A stretch of 56,939 nt of DNA from Betaproteobacteria bacterium (GTDB lineage: Bacteria; Pseudomonadota; Gammaproteobacteria; Burkholderiales; Usitatibacteraceae), in the NCBI GenBank assembly GCA_037445795.1, contig JBBIJT010000002.1:1-56939 (forward strand). The letters are read 5' to 3'. Both the position numbers and the translations under genes were made by a program. This document shows positions 34,590-42,041 of this stretch, in pieces. Positions within the stretch are counted from its first letter, which is position 1; each line of letters begins with the position of its first letter. The notes beneath the pieces were generated by a model, which worked only from the letters and a program-made list of their open reading frames with translations, searched no databases and was not told the origin of the DNA.

Positions 34590-35146
34590 TTCAGGTCGTC
34601 GTCCTTGTAGTACTTCGTTCCCTTGGCGGTGAGCTCGAGGGCGAGGCCGTCGCCCGTGAGCTGGTACAGCCACACGCCGGGCGCCACGGCGACGGCGCCC
34701 TGGTAGGAGTCGCCCTTGCCGCCGGCCTTGGCCGCCGCGGTGGCCTGCGCGCCGATGGCCCACCCGGAGGTGACGAACTCGTTGAGGGCCTTGTCCGTCT
34801 CGAACACCCACACGAGCTGGAACTTCTTCACGCCGAAGCCGATCCCCGCCTGGACCTCCGCCATCTTCATGTAGGTGACCGCCTTGGTCTTGTTGTTGAC
34901 GGCGATGCCCTTGCCCGAGCCGCCGCCCGCCACGAAGATCTTCATGCCGAAGTTGCTGAAGGCGGCGTAACCGGCCGCCGATTCCACCGCCTTCTTCGCG
35001 GACGGCTGCACCTTGTAGACCGCGGACAGGGCCGACTGGCCCGCCTTCTTCACTTCCGCCTGCGATTCCGCCTTGCTGGCCGCCAGGGCCAGGCCGGGTG
35101 TCGCCATCGCGAGTGCCACGGCGAGGATCATCGTGCGTCTTTTCAC
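34586..35146 (-). CDS. Secreted SYLF (DUF500/Ysc84-like lipid-binding) domain protein
   Basis: 186-aa ORF with signal peptide MKRRTMILAVALAMATPGLALA. SYLF-like blocks are present: FVAGGGSGKGIAV, QAGIGFGV, WAIGAQATAAA and GLALELTAKG. Confidence 0.6.
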   Translation of the reverse strand: MKRRTMILAVALAMATPGLALAASKAESQAEVKKAGQSALSAVYKVQPSAKKAVESAAGYAAFSNFGMKIFVAGGGSGKGIAVNNKTKAVTYMKMAEVQAGIGFGVKKFQLVWVFETDKALNEFVTSGWAIGAQATAAAKAGGKGDSYQGAVAVAPGVWLYQLTGDGLALELTAKGTKYYKDDDLN

Positions 35147-35168
35147 TGCGCTCTCCTTTCGTCGCTGT

Positions 35169-35819
35169 TTAGAACGTCATTCCGACCGACGCGACGAACA
35201 CCTGGTCCGTCGTGCCGGGATTGAACCACCAAGCGCCAAGGGTGAAGGCGCCGATCGTGGCCTGGGCGAACGGCCCGCGCTGGATCTCGCGGTCCGTGCC
35301 GTAGACGCGGGTACGCTGGGCCACGATGCCGGCCCTGAGCCGCTCCAGCGGCCGGAAGGCCACCTCGCTCCACGCGTAGTTGTAGGTGCTCGCCCCCTCG
35401 GTGCGGTCGCGCACGTGCTCGAATTCGACGTATAAGTCGAACCGGCCGGCGGCCACGCTCGCCTCGAATCCGGCGATCGGCCCGCGCACGTCGCCGGCCG
35501 CGCCGCCCACGATCGGCGTGAGTTCGAATTTGACCTCGTCCCCGCCGGAGAACGTCCACCCGGCGAAGGCCGACCGGGCGTGCCGGCCCTCGTAGTTCAC
35601 CCGGGCTTCGAGGTGGAGCGCGGCGCGGTCCGCCGCGAAGATGCCGGAGGCGTAGCCGTCGCCGCCCCTGGGCGCATTCCAGTAGCCGTTGGCGGCGAAT
35701 TCCCAGCCGGGCTTTTCGGGGTTCGCGGCCCGCCGCCCTTCCGCAGCCGCTTCCTGCGCCGACGCGGCCCCCGCGGCGAGCAGGAAGGCGAATGCCGCGA
35801 TGACTGCCTTGCCGTTCAT
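35169..35819 (-). CDS. Small outer-membrane beta-barrel protein (hypothetical)
   Basis: 216-aa ORF with a signal peptide (AAGAASA/QE), alternating hydrophobic beta-strand pattern and a C-terminal ...VGMTF. The start overlaps the VIT stop (ATGA). Confidence 0.6.
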   Translation of the reverse strand: MNGKAVIAAFAFLLAAGAASAQEAAAEGRRAANPEKPGWEFAANGYWNAPRGGDGYASGIFAADRAALHLEARVNYEGRHARSAFAGWTFSGGDEVKFELTPIVGGAAGDVRGPIAGFEASVAAGRFDLYVEFEHVRDRTEGASTYNYAWSEVAFRPLERLRAGIVAQRTRVYGTDREIQRGPFAQATIGAFTLGAWWFNPGTTDQVFVASVGMTF

Positions 35820-36487
35820 CCGCCGAGCGCCGTGATCGCGACGACGAGGGCTGCGCCGAGCCCCATGAGGACGAACCCCGTCCGCAGGCTGCCATAGCCG
35901 GCGTAGCGCCCCAGCGCCAGCCCGCCGAGGAAGAGCATCGCGAGCGCCGTGACGCGCGAGGCGACCATCGCCGAGCCGACGTCCTTGAACAGGATGAAGG
36001 GAACGACCACGGGGAAGGTCGCCGCGACCACGATCAGGAAGATGGCCACGGCGGCGAGCGCATCGTCGCGTCCCAGCGTCGGCCGGTCCGGAATGGAGGG
36101 CATCGCGACGATCCGCCCGCGGATCGCCTCGATCTCCGTTTCCGTCACGAGGCCCGGCGTGGCCTGCGACAGTGCGCGCGCGACGTGGGCCCGGCCGGCC
36201 GCGGCGTCAGGCGCGCTGCGAACGGCCTGCGCGAGCGTGAGCTTCCGGCCGCGCTCCGTGATGGTCCGCACGAGGTACATCACGGCGTCCACCAGCCCCC
36301 AGGCGAGGTTGCAGCCGAGGGCCGCGATGAACATGGTCCGGATCTCCTCCCGTCCCGCCGTGGCCGCGGACACCGCGCCGATGAAGGTGAGGGCCATGAA
36401 CAGCCCGAAGAGCATTTCGGACACGCGGTCGACGGGACTGAGGATCGATCCGCGGTCCTCTTCTTCGTGGGTCGTCTGCTCGCTCAA
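35816..36487 (-). CDS. VIT1/CCC1-family (Fe/Mn) transporter-like membrane protein
   Basis: 223-aa ORF whose TTG start overlaps the sulP stop. The N-terminal cytoplasmic region, the SEMLFGLFMALTFIGAVSAA block and the C-terminal TM helices resemble short bacterial VIT-family proteins. Confidence 0.55.
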   Translation of the reverse strand: MSEQTTHEEEDRGSILSPVDRVSEMLFGLFMALTFIGAVSAATAGREEIRTMFIAALGCNLAWGLVDAVMYLVRTITERGRKLTLAQAVRSAPDAAAGRAHVARALSQATPGLVTETEIEAIRGRIVAMPSIPDRPTLGRDDALAAVAIFLIVVAATFPVVVPFILFKDVGSAMVASRVTALAMLFLGGLALGRYAGYGSLRTGFVLMGLGAALVVAITALGG

Positions 36488-38187
36488 GCGGGGGCTCCTT
36501 TCGAGGTGTCACCTCGCGCCTGGAAGGCCGCCACCGCGTCCTCCACCGTGAAGTGCATGCGGCTGCGCCCGAGGGTCTCGGCGAGCGGCGTGCGCCGGAT
36601 CATTTCGAGCGCCTCCGGGTTCAGGGCGGCGAGCCAGAGCTCGATCCCGTGATCGCGAAGCTGCGCCTCCGCCGCGACGAGCATCCGCAGCGCCGTGAAC
36701 TCGAACCCGGGGATGGCGCCGCAGTCGAGGAGACAAACCCGGGGCTGGTGCTGCGTGACCAGCGCGCGCATCTTCTCGCCGAAGGCGGAAGCGTTGCCGA
36801 AGTACATGCGGCCCTGCGTCCTCAGGATCAGCAGCCCCGGAATCGCCTCGTCATCGGGATGTTCCTCGGTGCGTGGCCGGAACACGTGCGTCCCGGGCTT
36901 GCGGCCCAGGACGTGGACCGGGGGATTGTTCGCGAGGTGCATCAGCCCCGCCATGGACAGGAGCACGGCGACGAGGATGCCGTTGAGCGTGCCCAGCACC
37001 ATCACCCCGAGGCAGGCCGCGAACGCCCACCGGAACTCCATCGTGCGGACGCGGTGGATCTTCTCGAGCTCCGTGGGGCTGATGAGGCCGACGGAGTAGG
37101 CGATCACGACGGCGGCCAGCGTGGCGTTGGGCATCGGCGCGAGGACCGGCGCGAGGAAGAGCATCGTCGCGAGCGCGGCTGCCGCCGTTACGAGCTCGGC
37201 CGCCTGCGTGCGGGCACCCGCTCCGCGGTTCACGTTGGTCTGCGACGTGCCGCCGCCCGCGGGCATCGCGCCGAAGAGCCCGCCGATGGCGTTGGCCGCG
37301 CCGATGCCCACCAGCTCCTGGTTGGAATCCGGCCTCGGGTCTCCTTCCCGCGCGAAGGCGCGCCCCGCCGCGATCGATTCCGTGAAGCTCATGAGCGCGA
37401 TGCCGGCCGCCGCGGGCCACATTTCGAGGACGAGGGAGAGGTCCGGGAGCGTGAGGGAGGGGAATCCGCCGGGGATCGTTCCCACGACGCTGACACCCTG
37501 CGCCTTGAGGCCCAGCATCGCCGAGGCCGCGATGCCGCCGGCCACGGCCACCAGCGGCGCCGGCGCGCGCGGCACGAACTTCTCGAACACCCCGATCACG
37601 GCGAAGGTCCCCACCGCGACGGCGAGCGTGGCGATGGAAGTCGACGGGACGTGCTGCGCGATCGCCACGACGTCGCGGAAGAACCCCGCCTTGTCGATGT
37701 GGATGCCGAGAAGCTTCGGGAACTGGTCGACGACGATGACGAAGCCGATCCCCGCCTTGAAGCCGGTGAGCACCGGGTCCGAGATGAAGTTCGCCACGAA
37801 GCCGAGCCGGAAGAGGCGGGCGGCCAGCAGGAGCGCGCCCACCAGGATGGTGAGCGTGGCGGTCGCGGTGACGGGGCTCAGGCCCGGGTGCGCCTGCACC
37901 GCGGCGCCCAGCGCGGTCGCGCCCAGGATGGCGATCGTCGTCGTGGTGCTCACGCTCAGCAGCCGCGACGTGCCCAGGAGGGCATAGACGACCATCGGCA
38001 GGAACGCGGTGTAGAGGCCCACCTGGAGCGGAAGCCCCGCGATCGTCGCGTAGGCCATCGCCTTCGGAATCACGATGGCGGCCGTCGTTAGGCCGGCGAC
38101 GACATCCGCTTTGAGCCACGATTTCTCGTAGGCCGAGATCCAGCCGATCGCGGGGATCAAGGGCGTGCCGGGATGGGAAGTGCTCAT
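36484..38187 (-). CDS. SulP-family anion permease with C-terminal STAS domain
   Basis: ATG at 38187 (MSTSHPGTPLIPAIGWISAYEKSWLKADVVAGLTTAAIVIPKAMAYATIAGLP). It has a polytopic core and a STAS-like tail (LLILRTQGRMYFGNA...LDCGAIPGFEFTAL). Confidence 0.9.
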   Translation of the reverse strand: MSTSHPGTPLIPAIGWISAYEKSWLKADVVAGLTTAAIVIPKAMAYATIAGLPLQVGLYTAFLPMVVYALLGTSRLLSVSTTTTIAILGATALGAAVQAHPGLSPVTATATLTILVGALLLAARLFRLGFVANFISDPVLTGFKAGIGFVIVVDQFPKLLGIHIDKAGFFRDVVAIAQHVPSTSIATLAVAVGTFAVIGVFEKFVPRAPAPLVAVAGGIAASAMLGLKAQGVSVVGTIPGGFPSLTLPDLSLVLEMWPAAAGIALMSFTESIAAGRAFAREGDPRPDSNQELVGIGAANAIGGLFGAMPAGGGTSQTNVNRGAGARTQAAELVTAAAALATMLFLAPVLAPMPNATLAAVVIAYSVGLISPTELEKIHRVRTMEFRWAFAACLGVMVLGTLNGILVAVLLSMAGLMHLANNPPVHVLGRKPGTHVFRPRTEEHPDDEAIPGLLILRTQGRMYFGNASAFGEKMRALVTQHQPRVCLLDCGAIPGFEFTALRMLVAAEAQLRDHGIELWLAALNPEALEMIRRTPLAETLGRSRMHFTVEDAVAAFQARGDTSKGAPA

Positions 38188-38304
38188 CGATCGCCTCTCG
38201 AGTTGGTCCGCGACACGGGCACCCCCGCTGCAGTTGGCGCAGCCGCGGGACATCCGGCCCAGTATGCGGGAAAGCCGGCCCCGGAGGCGAGGAACCCCGG
38301 CCTT

Positions 38305-38835
38305 TCAGGGCTCGAGGCGCCGGACGGGACCGCTGCCGTCCCAGCGCAGTGCTTCCTTCCGGATCATTTCGTATACGCCCCGGTTGTCGGCGCCCAGCGA
38401 GGTGAGCTTGAGCGTGGTGCCGGGATGCCCCTTGGAGGCGAAGTAGGCGAATCTCACGGCAGGCGAGCTGACCACGCCCGACTGCGCGATGCGCAGGCCG
38501 GCTTCCGTGGCGCGCCGCAGGTCGCTGTCGTAGTGATCGCTGAGAAATCCCAGGTGGTGCAGCCCCTCGTGCCCGGCCGCCAGGAAGTCCCGGTAGAGGC
38601 TCGGCCTGTCGTCGCGCGGCTGGATCAGCTCGATCTGCATGTCGCCCGAATAGGTGAGCGCCACGCTTCCCTCGACGCGCCCCGACTCGTCGTCGTAGCG
38701 CAGCACCCCGAGGTGCACGCGCTCGAGGTAATAGAACGGGCCGATGCGCAGGGCCCGGGTCCAGTGGGCCATGGCCGCATCGATGTCGCGCACCACGTAT
38801 CCCAGTTGGCGGATCGGACCGAAGAACTGACTCAT
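38305..38835 (-). CDS. VOC-family (glyoxalase/extradiol dioxygenase fold) protein
   Basis: 176 aa from ATG 38835 (MSQFFGPIRQLGYVVRDIDAAMAHW...HHLGF...), with ATG 38844 as an alternative. The rest of track ORF 38305-41928 is a shadow of the LAL gene. Confidence 0.8.
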   Translation of the reverse strand: MSQFFGPIRQLGYVVRDIDAAMAHWTRALRIGPFYYLERVHLGVLRYDDESGRVEGSVALTYSGDMQIELIQPRDDRPSLYRDFLAAGHEGLHHLGFLSDHYDSDLRRATEAGLRIAQSGVVSSPAVRFAYFASKGHPGTTLKLTSLGADNRGVYEMIRKEALRWDGSGPVRRLEP

Positions 38836-38908
38836 CGTTGGCATCCTCGACGCATGCGGTGGCGGTCGTTGTCGCATCACCCGGGAGCCATTCTCGGAAA
38901 TCGGGCCT

Positions 38909-38943
38909 CGGGCGGCCCCACTCGTGCCGGGGGGGGCCGCCCG
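38909..38943. promoter_or_regulatory. GC-rich inverted repeat CGGGCGGCCCC-N13-GGGGCCGCCCG in the VOC/LAL divergent gap
   Basis: An 11-bp perfect inverted repeat read directly from the sequence. It lies 74 nt upstream of the VOC ATG and 118 nt upstream of the LAL ATG. Confidence 0.3.
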
Positions 38944-39060
38944 GGAGTCGCCTGGAGGCGGCCGGCGTTCCGCTTGGGGTGGCGTTTGCGGTAACCTTTC
39001 GGAGATGACGCAGCGCAGCCGCGCAGAGCCGCACGCGGACATCGAGGAGAGAGCAGGAAG

Positions 39061-41763
39061 ATGACGCCGGGTGCGAGAGACCCGCAGCTCGTCCTGAAAG
39101 CCACGCCGCCCAAGCTTCCCAAGACGCTTCTGGCACGGCCGCGGCTGAGCTGCTACGGCCCGGAGCTCGCCGACAAGCCCATCCTTCTTGTCCACGCGCC
39201 GTCGGGCTTCGGAAAGACGTCGCTGCTCGCGCAGTGGCGGCGCGAAGCGCTGCAACACGGGGCGGTGGTCGCCTGGCTGACGCTGGACGATCGCGACGAC
39301 GGGGCGCGCATCGTCCAGTCGCTGTCGGTCGCCCTGAGCATGAGCGGCGGACGGCGAAGCGCCGGTCCTTCGTATTCGCGGGCCGACGCACAGGTCGAAG
39401 GCGACTTCGAAGGGATCACGGCTTGGCTGGCCGACGTGGCCGAGATGGCCGTCGAGACCGTCCTCGTCCTCGACGAGGCGCATGCGCTGCCGGAAGCGAC
39501 GGCGAGCACGATCCTCGTGTACCTGCTGAACAACGCGCCGGCCAACCTCCGGGTCGTCGTGGCTTCGCGCAAGCCGGTCGGGCTGCCGGTCTCGGACATG
39601 CTCGCCCATGGCCAGGTCCGGTCCCTGGATGCCGACGACCTGCGATTCCGGCTCACGGAAACGATCGAGATCCTCACGGCGAGATTCGGGTCCCGCATCG
39701 ACTCCGACGCCTGCGTGCGCCTGCACGATCTCACGGAGGGCTGGCCCCTGGGCCTGCAGCTCGCCATCGCCACCATCGAGAGGAGCGCGAACGTGCGCGA
39801 GGCGATCGCCGCGTTCTCGTCCCGCTCCGGCGACATCCAGCGCTACTTCGTCGAGTGCCTGGTCGACCGCCTTCCGAAGCAGCTCGCGGATTTCCTCACC
39901 GCGGTCTCCTTCGTGGATGCCCTGCACCCCCTCCTGTGCGAGGCGATCACGCAGGGTGGAGATTGCGCCCAGGCGCTGGCGAAGCTGCGGGATGCGACGC
40001 CGATCTTCGTCGAAGGCGTCGACAGCGAATGGTCGCGCATCCACCCGCTCGCGCGGGACTTCCTCAAGGAACGCTTCGAGGCGCTTCCGGCCGCCGAGCG
40101 CCGCGAGTTCCATGCGCGCGCGGCAAGCTGGCTCGCCGGGCACGAGCTGCACGAGGAGGCGGCCCGGCAGGCCCTCCGGGCGGGCCAGGACGCGCTCGCC
40201 TTCGACCTGATCGAGCGAAGTCTCTACGGGATCGTGGTGAGCGGGCAGATGTCGCGGGTCCTGGAATGGATGGAGCGCCTGCCGGCCGCGGAGCTCGAGC
40301 GCAGGTCGCGGCTGAGGCTGGCGGCGGGATGGACCTTCGCCCAGAGCGACCAGCACGCGGAAGCGGCGAAGCTCGTCGGTCCGATCGTCGCCGATCCGGC
40401 TGCGGACCCCGGGGATCGCTTCGAAAGCGCCGAGATCTGCGCCACCGCGGCCATCTTCGCCGACGACATGGAGGGGGCGGAGCGGATCTTCTCGCCCTCG
40501 GTGGATTCGCTCGCCTCGCGATCCGTGATGCAGCGCGGCGTGGCCGCCAACCTGCTCGCGGTGCGGGACCTCTATCGGGGCGCCCCGGAACAGGCGCGCC
40601 TGCGCTACGCGCAGTTCTCCGGCCCGGAGTGGGAAAGCGTCGGGGTCTACACCCACGGGTGGGGCGACTGGATCGTCGGCGTGAGCTACCTGTGGGAGGG
40701 GCAGGTTGTCCTCGGCGAAGACGCCTTGCGTGCGTCGCTGGCACGTGCCGAGCAGGAAAGCGGGCGCCGAAGTCCCATCGCCGTCATGCTGGCCTCCGCG
40801 CTCGCTTCGGTCCTCTGGGAGCGCGACCTGACCGCCGAGGCGGCGGCCCTGCTGGCCAACCGCCTCGACGTGCTCGAGCGCCGTGCAGTGCCGGAGGCCA
40901 TCATCATGGGCTACGTGACCGCCGCGCGCGTGGCGACGATCGGTGGCCTGGAACGGCGCGCCTACGACCTTCTCGACAATCTCCACGCGCTGGGCGAGGC
41001 GCGTGGGCTGCCCCGCCTTTGCGTCGCGAGCCTCGCCGAGCAGATTCGCATGCACGCCCTGCGCTCGCACGCCGAGGCCTGCGCGAGCCTCGCCGGCCGG
41101 CTCGATCGGCTCACGACGCCCGAGCAGTACGCGCGGTGGAGCGCGGTCGGGGCGCTCGTGCAGACCTGGGTCGGGCTGGCCCGCGCCTATGCGGCGGTAG
41201 TGCGGCAGGATTGGCAGCAGGTGCAGGCCGAGCTCAAGGCCATCGGCCCCGTGGCGGACGGGCTGCGCCGCGGCCGGGACGGCATCCGGATCCGCCTCCT
41301 GCGGGCGCTCGCCCTGAAGCGCTGCGGCGAGGACGGTGACGCCCTTTTCGCGGAGGGCGTGAGCCTCGCGGAAACTTATGGACTGGAGCGGATGCTGGTG
41401 GACACGCATCCCGATCTCGTGGACTGGGCCCGGCGCATGGGGAATGCCCGGTCGGGGGAGGCCGGCGCGACCACGACTCACCGACTCGCGGTGCCGTCCG
41501 CGCCCGCGCCGGCTCGGCCTGCGGCGGGGACACACCCGCATGCCCGGGTTTCGCCCAGCGCCCTGCTCACGCCCAAGGAGCGGGAAGTGCTGCAGCTGCT
41601 GGCCGGCAACATGTCCAACAAGCAGATCGCGCTGGCCCTCGGCGTGGGCGTCGAGACCGTCAAGTGGCACATGAAGAACCTGTTCGACAAGCTCAACGCC
41701 GGGACCCGGAAGCACGTCCTCGACCGGGCGCGCATGCTCGGCATCCTCGATTCCCTTGCCTGA
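39061..41763 (+). CDS. Large ATP-binding LuxR-family regulator (LAL / MalT-like STAND)
   Basis: 900-aa ORF with an N-terminal P-loop (LLVHAPSGFGKTSLL) and a long helical TPR-like middle region. The C-terminal LuxR HTH reads LTPKEREVLQLLAGNMSNKQIALALGVGVETVKWHMKNLFDKL. Confidence 0.9.
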   Translation: MTPGARDPQLVLKATPPKLPKTLLARPRLSCYGPELADKPILLVHAPSGFGKTSLLAQWRREALQHGAVVAWLTLDDRDDGARIVQSLSVALSMSGGRRSAGPSYSRADAQVEGDFEGITAWLADVAEMAVETVLVLDEAHALPEATASTILVYLLNNAPANLRVVVASRKPVGLPVSDMLAHGQVRSLDADDLRFRLTETIEILTARFGSRIDSDACVRLHDLTEGWPLGLQLAIATIERSANVREAIAAFSSRSGDIQRYFVECLVDRLPKQLADFLTAVSFVDALHPLLCEAITQGGDCAQALAKLRDATPIFVEGVDSEWSRIHPLARDFLKERFEALPAAERREFHARAASWLAGHELHEEAARQALRAGQDALAFDLIERSLYGIVVSGQMSRVLEWMERLPAAELERRSRLRLAAGWTFAQSDQHAEAAKLVGPIVADPAADPGDRFESAEICATAAIFADDMEGAERIFSPSVDSLASRSVMQRGVAANLLAVRDLYRGAPEQARLRYAQFSGPEWESVGVYTHGWGDWIVGVSYLWEGQVVLGEDALRASLARAEQESGRRSPIAVMLASALASVLWERDLTAEAAALLANRLDVLERRAVPEAIIMGYVTAARVATIGGLERRAYDLLDNLHALGEARGLPRLCVASLAEQIRMHALRSHAEACASLAGRLDRLTTPEQYARWSAVGALVQTWVGLARAYAAVVRQDWQQVQAELKAIGPVADGLRRGRDGIRIRLLRALALKRCGEDGDALFAEGVSLAETYGLERMLVDTHPDLVDWARRMGNARSGEAGATTTHRLAVPSAPAPARPAAGTHPHARVSPSALLTPKEREVLQLLAGNMSNKQIALALGVGVETVKWHMKNLFDKLNAGTRKHVLDRARMLGILDSLA

Positions 41764-41767
41764 CCTC

Positions 41768-41786
41768 CCCGACCGTCCTGGTCGGG
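41768..41786 (+). terminator. Hairpin just after the LAL stop (possible terminator, no T-run)
   Basis: The hairpin is cccgacc-gtcct-ggtcggg, a 7-bp perfect stem starting 5 nt after the TGA. Confidence 0.3.
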
Positions 41787-41805
41787 ACGCCCCGGGCGCC
41801 CCTCC

Positions 41806-41821
41806 CCCCCAACGTTGGGGG
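41806..41821. promoter_or_regulatory. Perfect 16-bp palindrome CCCCCAACGTTGGGGG upstream of the DUF1302 operon
   Basis: Read directly from the sequence. It lies ~220 nt upstream of the DUF1302 ATG, in the 278-nt gap after the LAL gene. Confidence 0.3.
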
Positions 41822-42041
41822 TAACGGGCAGCGGCCTCCGGCATAGATTCCACCCTGCGCCATGCCCCGACCGGGGAGGGCCGGCCGGCCGCCGTCCCGC
41901 CTGACCCGGAAGGGCAAGAAAGTGTCACGCCAAGTCAAGTGGAGGCATGCGACGAAGCGTAGTTTCCCTCCGGCCCGAATGGGGCAGGAAGCGAGCCGGG
42001 ACCGCGGGGCAGGCATACAACTTACGAGGAGGAGCACCAGG

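Noticed and set aside
33839-34811. 315-aa minus-strand ORF 33864-34811 and the long start (33839) of the metX ORF
   Set aside because: ORF 33864-34811 is antisense to the DUF502 gene. The long metX start would translate through the leader hairpin and T-run. MetX homologues, as I recall them, begin near MSEIPVG, which supports 33752.
38836-41928. The upstream ~1030 codons of the 1207-aa minus-strand ORF 38305-41928
   Set aside because: This part lies antisense to the well-supported 900-aa LAL regulator and is R/G/P/A-rich with no recognisable domains. Only the last 176 codons (the VOC protein, 38305-38835) look real. It is a typical high-GC shadow ORF.
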